Source: an uncultured bacterium
GTDB lineage: Bacteria > Planctomycetota > UBA1135 > GCA-002686595
NCBI GenBank assembly: GCA_943787795.1
Contig: CALSNU010000003.1
Location: 160,001-224,000 of the forward strand
DNA: 64,000 bases
Direction of reading: 5' to 3'
Shown: positions 27,247 to 36,467 of the stretch, piece after piece
Layout of the letters: the number at the start of each line of letters is the position of its first letter
Position numbering within the stretch: position 1 is the first letter of the stretch
Notes under the pieces: model-generated
Databases searched by the model: none
What the model saw: only the letters and a program-made list of their open reading frames with translations
Told to the model about the DNA's origin: nothing
Program-made: the position numbers and the translations under genes

Positions 27247-28047
27247 CTATAGAGAAGCGCCCATGGCCGATTCCACCAGCGCCCGGTAGAAGGCGAGGCC
27301 TTCCCCCTCGGATCGGCTGGCGGGGAGGCGGGTCCAGGTGGGATGGGCCCAGGGGTCGAGGTTGCGCTCGGGGTGCGGCATGAGCCCCAGGACCCGGCCC
27401 GTGGGGTCGCAGATCCCGGCCACGTCGCCAGCGGCGCCGTTGGGGTTGGCCGGGTAGCCCACCTCGCCGCCGTCCGGGTTCACGTAGGTGAGCGCGATCT
27501 GGCCAGCGGCCCTCAGGCGCTCCAGGGCAGCGTCGTCGGTCACGGCAAATCGGCCCTCCCCGTGGGCGACCGGGCAGGGCATCTGCTCCCCGGCGTTGAG
27601 CCAGGTGCAGCGGCTCTCCTGGACCTCCAGGGTGACCCAGCGGCACTCGTAGTGGTTGGAAGCATTGGCGAACAGGGCGACCGAGCGCTCGCTGGGCGCC
27701 GCCTCGGGTTCGAACAGACCGGACTCGACGAGGACCTGGAAGCCGTTGCAAACGCCCAGGATCAGCCCGCCGCGGTCCACGTGGGCACGAAGCGCCGCGC
27801 CGAGGTGGTTGCGGAGCGAGGCGCCCCAGACACGGCCGGCCGCCAGGTCATCCCCGTAACTGAAGCCCCCTGCGAAGACGAGGACGCCGTACCCATCCAG
27901 GCGGCCGGGCTCCCGGACAGCGACGTCACTCCTGAGCAGGTCGGCGTCCGCGCCGCCCATCCTCAGGGCCCTGAGGGTCTCGTCTTCACAGTTGGTGCCC
28001 GGTCCGCGGAGGACGAGGGCCTTGGGTCGTGTCGCAGTGATCGTCAT
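27247..28047 (-). CDS. purQ: Phosphoribosylformylglycinamidine synthase glutaminase subunit
   Basis: PGTNCE, GGFSYGD, GVCNGFQ, AHGEG, YPANPNG, GLMPHPER. Confidence 0.95.
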   Translation of the reverse strand: MTITATRPKALVLRGPGTNCEDETLRALRMGGADADLLRSDVAVREPGRLDGYGVLVFAGGFSYGDDLAAGRVWGASLRNHLGAALRAHVDRGGLILGVCNGFQVLVESGLFEPEAAPSERSVALFANASNHYECRWVTLEVQESRCTWLNAGEQMPCPVAHGEGRFAVTDDAALERLRAAGQIALTYVNPDGGEVGYPANPNGAAGDVAGICDPTGRVLGLMPHPERNLDPWAHPTWTRLPASRSEGEGLAFYRALVESAMGASL

Positions 28048-28113
28048 GGTGCTGGTCTCCGGGCGCCTCGCCCGGGGGCCCCGATTCTGCGGTCTGGGCC
28101 CGCCCCATGCGAG

Positions 28114-28701
28114 TCAGAGCAGCAGGATGCGATCCGCGGCGCCCGGAAGGTCGTCCACGACGTCCACGTAGTGCCCGGAGGACTCGGCTTTGCGGGCCTG
28201 CTCTGCTCCCTTGCCGGTCCGAACGAGCAGCCCCATGACACCGACGCGCTCGCCGGCCTTGAGGTCCCTCATGGAGTCGCCGACGCACCATGAGCGGTCG
28301 AGGTCGATGTTCAGGCGCGCCGCAGCCTCCAGCAACATCCCCGGGCGTGGCTTGCGGCAGGAGCAGTTGGCCCGGTAGCCGGTGCGCCCCTCCGTCGGGT
28401 GGTGGGGGCAGTACCCGATCCAGTCCAGCTGGACGCCCTCGGCCGAGAGCAACTCCCGCAGTCGCGCGTGCACCTCGGCGAGTCGGTCCTCGTCCAGCAG
28501 ACCTCGAGCGACGCCGCTCTGGTTGGTGACCACGCAAAGCAGGTAGCCCGCGTCTTTCAGCCGGCGCAGGGCCTCCGCGGCACCAGGGAGCAGCTCGAGG
28601 TCGGCCGGGTCGGCGAGGTAGTTGACCTCGCGGTTGATCGTGCCGTCCCGGTCGAGGAAGACGGCGGCGTGCTCGGACAAGGGCTCAGCGGCCCCCTTCA
28701 C
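28114..28701 (-). CDS. gmhB: D-glycero-D-manno-heptose 1,7-bisphosphate phosphatase (HAD-IIIA)
   Basis: FLDRDGTIN, VTNQSG, YCPHHP, CSCRKP, VGD, VRTGKG. Confidence 0.9.
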   Translation of the reverse strand: MKGAAEPLSEHAAVFLDRDGTINREVNYLADPADLELLPGAAEALRRLKDAGYLLCVVTNQSGVARGLLDEDRLAEVHARLRELLSAEGVQLDWIGYCPHHPTEGRTGYRANCSCRKPRPGMLLEAAARLNIDLDRSWCVGDSMRDLKAGERVGVMGLLVRTGKGAEQARKAESSGHYVDVVDDLPGAADRILLL

Positions 28702-29110
28702 GTGCGCGCGTCATCTTCACGTAGATGCGGTGGGGCATCTCACCGTCCCGGTTCTTGACCGGGAAGAAGAAGTCTGGCCCGCTCAGGAAGATCGGGAGCG
28801 GCCACGAGGTCAGGTTGGTGAACGAGTCCATGTAGAAGATCACGAGGTCTCGCTCGCCGATCTTCCAGCGCCGGGTCTCCGTGCGGTACCCGTCCAGCTT
28901 GAACTCAACCTTGTGGGGCTCGTCGGGGAGCTGAATCCGGCACGGGGTCGAGAGCCCCACGCTCACACCGTCGATGTAGACCACGGCGCCGGGCGGGCTG
29001 GAGTCCAGGACGATGGGGCGCCGCGCCGCAATGCAGGCCGTGAAGAGCGGCACTGCGAACATCAGCAGCAGGACGCTTCGGGAGCGGTGCAGGAGGGAGT
29101 GGGGGGCCAT
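28685..29110 (-). CDS. PEGA domain lipoprotein
   Basis: FTAC lipobox; DSSPPGAVVYIDG...TP...HKVEFKLDGY. Confidence 0.8.
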   Translation of the reverse strand: MAPHSLLHRSRSVLLLMFAVPLFTACIAARRPIVLDSSPPGAVVYIDGVSVGLSTPCRIQLPDEPHKVEFKLDGYRTETRRWKIGERDLVIFYMDSFTNLTSWPLPIFLSGPDFFFPVKNRDGEMPHRIYVKMTRAREGGR

Positions 29111-29320
29111 GGGTAGATTCTGGGAGGGGCAGGCGCCGAAGGCCAGCCACGAGTTGTCTCGGTCAGGAGGGGCTGCAGTCTTGACGAACTCCGGGAGTCT
29201 CGAGCCGGGGCCGAAGTCCCCCAGGGAGACGCCCCTCAGGAATGGGCTCTGGGCTCCGGGAGGGGGCTCTCGCGGGACGATCACCGATTGGGGGTGGATC
29301 CCGCTGTCCCCAAAGCAATC

Positions 29321-30808
29321 ATGGTCCCGACGATGTCCCCTGACGCGCAATCCCCCGCCGCTTCCACGGACGCTGGCCGATCCGTCGCCCCTCCGGGCGA
29401 GGGGGGGAGCGAGTCGGAGTCGCCGCGAATCGGGCTTGCTCTGCTTGGCGTGGGCATGGTGCTTGGCCTCCTGCGCTTCTTCCGGCTGGGTGAGTGGAGC
29501 CTCTGGTTCGACGAGGTCCTGACCTGGGGAGACAGCCACCTCGCCCCCGATGGGCTTTTGAATCGAGCGGGCTACTGGCTCATTCGGCAGTCCGTGGAGT
29601 GGACGGGGAGCGAGCCCACGGAGTTCAGTCTGCGGCTGTTGCCCGCGTTGGCCGGCTACCTGGCCGTCCCGCTCAGCTTCTGGGCCTTCCGCCCCTTGGC
29701 GGGGTCCACCCGCGCGGGCATGGCCGCGATCCTCATCGCGGCCAGCGCCTGGGAGCTTCAGTGGTCCCAGACGGCGCGCTTCTACACGTTCGTCCAGCTG
29801 ACCTCGTTGATCGGCGCGGGCGTCACGATCCGCGGCCTGCTCTCGTCACGCTCGGTCCTGGTGGTGGCCGGCGTACTGCTGGCCGCCTCAGGTGTGATGT
29901 TCCACCTTCAGGCCGGGCTCGTGGCGCTGGCCCTGCTGGTCGCCGCGCTCCTCGCTCCGCCCTCGCAGGGACCCGGAGCGCGAGCCGCGGGACGCCGTGC
30001 CGCGCTCGCCCTGTTGCTGCCCGTCCTGGTGGGCGCGCCGGTCCTGTACCGGTCCTGGGCCACATACCAGGGCATGAAGGCCGTGTCGGATCCTGTCGGT
30101 TCGGCCGCGCACTTTCTCCTCTCCGTGGGGTGGTACGTCACGCCGGCGCTGGGGGCGGCCGCGGTGGCTGCGGTGATCCTCGCGGTCCGTAGCGGCGATC
30201 GACGATGCCGCTTCGTGATGATCGTCGCGGCCCTTGGAACGGGGGCGCTCCTCGGGCTCTCGATGGTGGCGACGGTCTCTGCGCAGTACTTCTTCTCCTT
30301 CTTTCCCTTCGTGGCGCTGGTGGCCGCGTGGCCGCTTGGGTCCCCGGGGCTGAGCCGGACCCCGTGGGCGCGCAACGCCCTTGCCGTAGGGCTCATCTTG
30401 CCGCAGGTCGCTGGAGCCGGGCTCTACCTGACCTCGGAGCGAGGGCAGCGGCCCCGGTGGCGTGAAGCGGCTGAGTACGTCGCTGCGCATCGTGAGCCTG
30501 GAGACTCCGTCGCATCAGACCCGGCAGCGGTGGTCGAGTTCTACCTCGGCGACCGCGATCCGCGCTGGGTCCGCCGGACCAGGGACGTGGTCTCCTTCGA
30601 CCAATTCAACCCCTGGTTCGTGCGGAGCGAGGTGAAGAAGGGGGGGGCGGTCTGGCTCGTCCTGAGGAACGACAACCTGATGCGGTATGACGCGGAGCTT
30701 CGCGCCCGCTTCCTCAGCTATGTCGCCGACAACTTCCAACTCGTCCAGCGGTTCCCGGTCCTCGTGGCGGGAAGAGATCTTTCAATCGACGTCTGGCATC
30801 ACCGGTGA
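29321..30808 (+). CDS. GT-C fold (GT39/ArnT-like) membrane glycosyltransferase
   Basis: SLWFDE, EFSLRLLPA and SQTARFY motifs, many TM helices and a soluble C-terminal domain (WREAAEYV). Confidence 0.8.
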   Translation: MVPTMSPDAQSPAASTDAGRSVAPPGEGGSESESPRIGLALLGVGMVLGLLRFFRLGEWSLWFDEVLTWGDSHLAPDGLLNRAGYWLIRQSVEWTGSEPTEFSLRLLPALAGYLAVPLSFWAFRPLAGSTRAGMAAILIAASAWELQWSQTARFYTFVQLTSLIGAGVTIRGLLSSRSVLVVAGVLLAASGVMFHLQAGLVALALLVAALLAPPSQGPGARAAGRRAALALLLPVLVGAPVLYRSWATYQGMKAVSDPVGSAAHFLLSVGWYVTPALGAAAVAAVILAVRSGDRRCRFVMIVAALGTGALLGLSMVATVSAQYFFSFFPFVALVAAWPLGSPGLSRTPWARNALAVGLILPQVAGAGLYLTSERGQRPRWREAAEYVAAHREPGDSVASDPAAVVEFYLGDRDPRWVRRTRDVVSFDQFNPWFVRSEVKKGGAVWLVLRNDNLMRYDAELRARFLSYVADNFQLVQRFPVLVAGRDLSIDVWHHR

Positions 30809-30966
30809 AGGGCGGCGCGGCCCTGACCGGGTCGCGAGTTCCGGGACCCGCGAGGTGCCCCCTTGGGGGCCAGGCTAGGAGCCAGCTGGGCAAGACCTCC
30901 CAGAGACCCTGAGCCGGGCGTGAGCCCAGGCTCCCGATGCTGCCGGCCCCGGCAGAAGGTCAGGCG

Positions 30967-31100
30967 CTCGAGACCCGTTAGGCCCTCGAGACCCGTTACG
31001 CCCTCGAGACCCGTTACGCCCTCGAGACCCGTTACGCCCTCGAGACCCGTTACGCCCTCGAGACCCGTTACGCCCTCGAGACCCGTTACGCCCTCGAGAC
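30967..31100. repeat. About 7.4 x 18-bp tandem repeat CTCGAGACCCGTTACGCC that re-copies the 3' end of efp
   Basis: Units at 30967, 30985, 31003, 31021, 31039, 31057, 31075 and a partial unit at 31093. The minus-strand unit GTCTCGAGGGCGTAACGG is V-S-R-A-stop plus 3 nt. Confidence 0.95.
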
Positions 31101-31649
31101 GAAGTCGCCGGTGTCGGTGTTCACCTTCACCTTGTCGCCCACGTGGACGTGCAGGGGGACGCGGATCTTGAATCCAGTCTCGAGGACCGCGTCCTTCTTG
31201 ATGTTGGTGGCGGAGTTCCCCTTCACGGCTTGCTCGGCCTCGGTGACCTCAAGGACCACCTGGGTCGGGAGCGCGATGGAGACAGGGGTGGTCTCGTGCC
31301 AGGTGATCTCCACCTCCTCGGACTCCTTGACGAAGCACATCTTCTCCCCGGCCATCTCCTTATCGAGGTTGAACTGGTCGAAGGTCTCCGAGTCCATGAA
31401 CACGAAGTCCCCCGTCGCTTCCTGATAGAGGTACTGCGCCTTCTTCTTGTCCAGGTAGGCCACCTCGAAGGGATCGCCGGCCGCCGGACGGAACGAGCCG
31501 GATCCGCCCGTCTGCAGGTTCTTGGTCTTGACCTGGATGATCGCTCGCCAGTTTCCCGGCGTGCTGTGGCTGTAGTCGGTGATGAGGAGGAGCTGGCCGT
31601 CCTTGAGGAGGACCTGTCCCTTGCGCAGTTCGGTCGCCTTGACGTTCAT
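31086..31649 (-). CDS. efp: Elongation factor P (PGN-type loop)
   Basis: KATELRKG, QYLY, FMDSETFDQ, VKGNSAT, K.AVLETG..I.VP, VNTDTG. Confidence 0.93.
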   Translation of the reverse strand: MNVKATELRKGQVLLKDGQLLLITDYSHSTPGNWRAIIQVKTKNLQTGGSGSFRPAAGDPFEVAYLDKKKAQYLYQEATGDFVFMDSETFDQFNLDKEMAGEKMCFVKESEEVEITWHETTPVSIALPTQVVLEVTEAEQAVKGNSATNIKKDAVLETGFKIRVPLHVHVGDKVKVNTDTGDFVSRA

Positions 31650-31811
31650 CGGGATCTTGCGTGGAGCACGCCGCCTGGCGGGCCGGTTGCGGTGGGCAAG
31701 CGGCGGGCCAGAGTGCCGGAGAGCATAGCCGCCTGGGGGCCCTCCGGGCTACCGGCCAATGGCGGTGATGGGCCCGGGGAGATCTCAGGGGAGGAGCGCC
31801 GCCCCTTGAGC

Positions 31812-33692
31812 TCAATACTGGCGGCGCTGAGTCGACGAGGCGATCTCAAGAGCCTTGCGATACTTGGTCACGGTCCTGCGGGCGATCTTGATGCCCTCGG
31901 AGTCTTCGAGGGCCTTGGCGATCCCCTCGTCCGAGAGCGGCCGAGCCGGGTCCTCCGCGGCGACGATGGCCTTGATCCGCTCCTTGATCGAGATCTGGCT
32001 GGTCGCCTCGCCGGAGGACTTGGTCGTCCCGCCCGTGAAGAAGAACTTCAGGGGGAAGATCCCGCGCGGCGTCTGGGCGTGCTTGCCCGCCACGCCCCGG
32101 GACACCGTCGAGATGTGGACGCCGACCTCGTCCGCGATCTCCTGCATGCGGAGGGGCTTGAGCGCCTCCTTACCGCGCTCGAGGAAGCCCTTCTGGCGCT
32201 GGAAGAGGGCGGTCGAGATCCGCTCCAGCGTCGACTGCCGCTGGGCGAGGGCGTCGATGAACCAGCTCGCCGCCTCGAGCTTCTTTCGGGCCCAGTCGCG
32301 CTCCTCCGGGTCGCCCTCCTTGAGGAGCTTGCGGAAGGCCTGGGTCTGGTACATGGGGCTCATGCGCAGGCTCGGGGTCCGCTCGCGGTCCAGGCGGACC
32401 TCGATGGTCCCGTCCTCCTCGTCGAGGTGCACCATCACCTCGGGGTGGATCACCTCGGCGGAGGCCTCTCCGAAGCCTGCTCCCGGTGAAGGGTCGAGCC
32501 CTTGAAGGAGCTCGATGGCGGCCTTGACCTCCTCGATGTCGTGCCCCGTGGACCGCGCGATCTGCGGCAGTCGGTTCGCGCGCACGTCCTCAAGGTGGCG
32601 CTCGATGAGCTGTCGCATGAGCGGGTTCCAGAGCCCCTTGCTCGGCAGCTGCAGGAGGAGGCACTCCCGCAGGTCCAGGGCGCCGAGTCCGGGGTGGACG
32701 GCTTCCCGCAGTCGCTCGAGAGCGTCGCGGACCTCGTCCTCGGTGACGACCATGTCCCCATCATCGAGGGCGTCTTCGCCCCGGGCCTCCCCGCCCGTAT
32801 CGATCGCGCTGGTATCGATCGCGCTGGCATCCTTCCCGCTGGCATGGCCGTCGGGCGATACGGCTGGGGTCTGGCTAGCCCCGTCCTCTTCTGAGGGCTC
32901 GAGGGCGAGCGTGCTGGCCGTACCTTCCTCCGCTGCGTCTGCCCTCGCTGCGTCTGCCCTCGCTGGGTCTGCCCCCGCTGGGTCCGGGCCTTCGGGCTCA
33001 CCAAGGCGCGCGGCCACCTCGTCCGCTGCGTCGCTGGCCGGCCGGATCGGCTCCTCGAGAGTAGGCGGCTCTTCGGCAAAGACCGCGCTGGGCGCCCCGA
33101 CCTCCTCGAGGATCGCGTCCACCCCGGACGCTCCCAGAGCGCGTTGCACCTCGCGGGTGAGCTCGTGGGCGAGGGTGGCTGGCGTCTCGGTGAGGTAGCC
33201 GCGCTCATCGAGGGACCACACCACGTATTCGAGCACCGTCCGCTCGCGGTCGGTGAGCTCCAGGGCGCTGAGCTGATCCAGCACCTCAGCCGCCAGGGTG
33301 CGGGCGCTCTCCGGCGCGTTGAGCATGGCCTCGTACTTTCGGTCGCCCTCCTCGCCGCCCGCGGCTCTCGGCGGGCCTCCGTCCCCGAAGTCACGGTCCA
33401 TGCGCTCGAGGTAGTCGAGCATCGCGTCGGCGCCGTCGGACGCCGGTCCTGCGTCTGCGCGCTCCGCCCGAGCCTCCGCAGCTCCACCGTCCGCGGCGTC
33501 TGCCCCGTCGGCGCCGGCGACGTCCCGCTCCGGCTCGACCACCTCGAGGAACGGGTTCTCCGTCAGCTCCTGCTCGATGCGCTCCGACAGCTCCAGCAGC
33601 GGGAGCTGCAGGACCTGCATGGCCTGGATCATCTGCGGCGACTGAATCAGTCGCTGCTCCATCCGGGCGGATTGATTGAGGCCGAGCTTCAA
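31812..33692 (-). CDS. rpoN: RNA polymerase sigma-54 factor with a large acidic insertion
   Basis: Region I QSPQMIQAMQVLQLP, LDERGYL, LRECLLLQL, LKPLRM, HISTVSR, PLKFFF, PLSD and RpoN box ARRTVTKYR. Confidence 0.95.
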   Translation of the reverse strand: MKLGLNQSARMEQRLIQSPQMIQAMQVLQLPLLELSERIEQELTENPFLEVVEPERDVAGADGADAADGGAAEARAERADAGPASDGADAMLDYLERMDRDFGDGGPPRAAGGEEGDRKYEAMLNAPESARTLAAEVLDQLSALELTDRERTVLEYVVWSLDERGYLTETPATLAHELTREVQRALGASGVDAILEEVGAPSAVFAEEPPTLEEPIRPASDAADEVAARLGEPEGPDPAGADPARADAARADAAEEGTASTLALEPSEEDGASQTPAVSPDGHASGKDASAIDTSAIDTGGEARGEDALDDGDMVVTEDEVRDALERLREAVHPGLGALDLRECLLLQLPSKGLWNPLMRQLIERHLEDVRANRLPQIARSTGHDIEEVKAAIELLQGLDPSPGAGFGEASAEVIHPEVMVHLDEEDGTIEVRLDRERTPSLRMSPMYQTQAFRKLLKEGDPEERDWARKKLEAASWFIDALAQRQSTLERISTALFQRQKGFLERGKEALKPLRMQEIADEVGVHISTVSRGVAGKHAQTPRGIFPLKFFFTGGTTKSSGEATSQISIKERIKAIVAAEDPARPLSDEGIAKALEDSEGIKIARRTVTKYRKALEIASSTQRRQY

Positions 33693-33762
33693 GGGATTCC
33701 TGCGGGGCGTCCCCGCCGTCCCAGCCTAACGACCCAGGAGGTCGCCTAGACCCCTGGACCTC

Positions 33763-35427
33763 TCAGCGATCGTCGCGCGACTGAAGACTCCATGAAGCGG
33801 ACACGCCGGGGTCGGGCTGCTCGACGCGATCCGCCACGAGATGAAGCGGGAAGGAGTGCCGGCTCCGAACGGGCAGCTCGAGCCGACCACTGCTCGGCGT
33901 GCCAGGCTCATAGAACTCAGGGGCATGGACTCTCTCGGAGGTCACGGACTGTCGATATCCACGGCCGACCAGCCTCCCGCCATGTAGAACGGCCTCGATC
34001 ACCGTGCCGGTCATCACGTGTTCGATCACAGGGCGGCACAGCGCCGCGTCCGTCGCGATCTGCGGTTCGTAGCCGACGACCATGGTCGTTTCCCTGGTAC
34101 GTCCGACGCGCACGAGGGCGCCCTCCACGGTGGGGATCGAGCTGGTGAAGTTGCCCCAGGCGAGCGAGACCTCGGCCGGGCCAGAGAGGGGGTCGAGGGC
34201 CTCGCTCAGGCGGCGCATCCGGCTCGCGCTCACCGGAGAGTCGGCCGGGGCGAACAGCAGGGCCTCGGTGGACCGGGGCGGCTTGGAGCCTCGGCTGGGA
34301 AACTGTCGAGCGTCGAGCTGGGCGAGCCCCGCGGGCGTCTCGCCCGGCCGGAGCACGGGGGGGCCGTCAGGGGCGAGAGCGTGGGCGGAGCGGTTCTGGG
34401 CCCGCCAGAGCCCGCGGGCCAGGTCAACGACGGCGCGGTTCGCGGCGCCCGGGCGGAGCGGGGAGGCGGCCACCTCGAGGGTGAGCCTGGCCGTGGCCTC
34501 GGTCGGTCCGCTTGCGGTGAGACGGAGCGGTCCGGAGCTCGGGACGAGGCCCGCGAACATGATCTGCGTGGACTCCAGCGCGGGCTGCTCCACCTTCCCG
34601 AGGGCGATGATCTCGGTGTCGAAGGTGTCGACGGAGGTGATCCTCGAGACGTCAAGGAATCCCTGGACGAAGAGCTGGCGCTCGCCACGCTCATCGATCC
34701 TGGTGGAGGCCCAGAGGTGGAGGACATCGCCCACCAGCGCCGTGCCGATCTCGGGGGCCCCGATGGCGGCCTCGGAGGCTACCTCGATCCGGTAGCCGTG
34801 CACAAAAGCGTGCTGCTCCCGCTGACCGAAGACCGCGACGCTGCCGCTTCGGACCTGGCGGCGTCCATTGATGAGGTCCGTCGCGACCCCGTCGGCGCCG
34901 GCGGCCATGAGCCGTACGTTGACGTCGAAGCGGAGCTGGGAGAGCGCCTCGTCGAGGGCCTCGAGCGCCCGGCGGGCTGCCGCCTGGGCTTCGGAGGAGC
35001 CTCGGACGAGCAGTGACCCGTCGAGCAGCTGCACCCGGGCCCCTGCGGCGGTCGCGGCGCCCACGGTGAGATCCTCGGCGAGGCGAGGGGGGAGCTCGGG
35101 GCCGAGGTCACGTGAGAAGGGCAGCTTCCTGTCTGGCTCAAACAAGTGCAGCCCGTCGAGGCTGGCTCCGGGCTGACGCGGACTCTCCTCGAGGGCCGGA
35201 AGAGGGACGATGATCCAGTCCGTCTCCTGGGCTTGAGGGGAGGGTGAGGCGCCGGGCAAAGTGCCTCCGCCGTGGGCCTCCATGGCCGGGAGTACGGTGG
35301 CTGTCTGGAGGGCGGCCCCCAGGCCCAGCGCGGCCCATCCGAGGGTTCGGCGGGGTCGGCTGAACCGGAGAGGAGAGGTGTTGCCTGGCTTCATGGGAGA
35401 ACTAGTGACGACGGGGCGCGGGGTCAC
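33763..35427 (-). CDS. Exported hypothetical protein with two secretin-like repeats
   Basis: Signal-like N-terminus; SLLVRGS.EAQ...LEALD (secretin N3-like); duplicated GY.(I/P)(E/Q)(V/I)A..AA(I/L)..P.I motif. Confidence 0.5.
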   Translation of the reverse strand: MTPRPVVTSSPMKPGNTSPLRFSRPRRTLGWAALGLGAALQTATVLPAMEAHGGGTLPGASPSPQAQETDWIIVPLPALEESPRQPGASLDGLHLFEPDRKLPFSRDLGPELPPRLAEDLTVGAATAAGARVQLLDGSLLVRGSSEAQAAARRALEALDEALSQLRFDVNVRLMAAGADGVATDLINGRRQVRSGSVAVFGQREQHAFVHGYRIEVASEAAIGAPEIGTALVGDVLHLWASTRIDERGERQLFVQGFLDVSRITSVDTFDTEIIALGKVEQPALESTQIMFAGLVPSSGPLRLTASGPTEATARLTLEVAASPLRPGAANRAVVDLARGLWRAQNRSAHALAPDGPPVLRPGETPAGLAQLDARQFPSRGSKPPRSTEALLFAPADSPVSASRMRRLSEALDPLSGPAEVSLAWGNFTSSIPTVEGALVRVGRTRETTMVVGYEPQIATDAALCRPVIEHVMTGTVIEAVLHGGRLVGRGYRQSVTSERVHAPEFYEPGTPSSGRLELPVRSRHSFPLHLVADRVEQPDPGVSASWSLQSRDDR

Positions 35428-35502
35428 GGGGTGAGCGGGAGGTGGACTCCAGCGCCATCCGGGGTGGCGCGTCGGGCTGCCCTTCGAGTATCACCTGCCG
35501 AC

Positions 35503-36321
35503 ATGAACGAGGCCACGCTCACCATTCAGTCCTCTGGAAACGCCCGCAGCGTCGCCCTCCGTCCCGGATTGACCCGGATCGGCGCTGAGGACGCGCGGGG
35601 GGTCCACGTGGGGGTCGCGGGGGCCGATGGAGAGCTCCACCTCTGGGACGACCCCCACAAGGTGGTGCGGGTGAGCGGGAATGCGCCGATCACCGTCGGC
35701 GGGCAGGTGGTGGAGGAGTTCGCGCTCGACCACGGGGCCCGCTTCGAGTGGTGCGGGGCTCATTTTGAGCTGGACCTCGGGAGCACGGTCCTCCAAGAGC
35801 TCAAGCAGGCCCCCGACCCCGCGCCTGCGCCCGGCAGCGCTCCAGGGGCTGGGGCCCAAGAGCCTGCCGTGGGCGAAGGGGGATCCCGCGGGCTGACGCC
35901 CAGCGAGGCCCAGGCCATCGATTGCATCGTGGCGGGCGTCCTCGTGGATGTGGGCCTCGCGGACAAGGCGGTGGTGAAGCGCTGGCAGGCCGCGGTGATC
36001 GCCCAGGAGTGGGACGCTTCCGCCGCCGCCAGGGCGATCCTCGCCAGCTCCCCCGGGGGGGCTGCGGATCCGAAGTTCTTGGCCCGCGCCGCCCGGCTCG
36101 AGCGGGACCTGCTGATGTCGTCCTATCAGCGGGGCGTCAAGGGGGCCTCTCGGAAGGTCCGGGGGGCGGCGAGGAATACCACCGCCTTCTTCGTGGCCAA
36201 CGTGATCGCGATCGGCGTCTACAGCGCGATCATCCTCGCTCTGCTGATCCTCGCGCGAGTAAGCTACGAGTGGGACCTGAACGGGATCATTGATCGGATG
36301 GTCGACGCGGTCACGCCCTGA
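35503..36321 (+). CDS. Hypothetical membrane protein with a degenerate FHA-like N-terminal domain
   Basis: LRPGLTRIG...ITVGGQ.V...LDHG.. beta pattern and a C-terminal TM helix. Confidence 0.5.
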   Translation: MNEATLTIQSSGNARSVALRPGLTRIGAEDARGVHVGVAGADGELHLWDDPHKVVRVSGNAPITVGGQVVEEFALDHGARFEWCGAHFELDLGSTVLQELKQAPDPAPAPGSAPGAGAQEPAVGEGGSRGLTPSEAQAIDCIVAGVLVDVGLADKAVVKRWQAAVIAQEWDASAAARAILASSPGGAADPKFLARAARLERDLLMSSYQRGVKGASRKVRGAARNTTAFFVANVIAIGVYSAIILALLILARVSYEWDLNGIIDRMVDAVTP

Positions 36322-36467
36322 GCCCCACGCCGCCCCCGATGACTCCGCAGCGGCCCAGCGACCGTCCTCCTGTTCGGGACGACCTTCACGTCCTGACGCC
36401 GCCAACCCCAATCCGCCGACCTTGATGTTGGACGTATCGCACGCCCCCCTCCGGATCCGTTGAAGCG

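Noticed and set aside
30967..31100. Possible CRISPR array
   Set aside because: The units are head-to-tail 18-mers with no unique spacers, they derive from the efp 3' end, and no cas genes are present.
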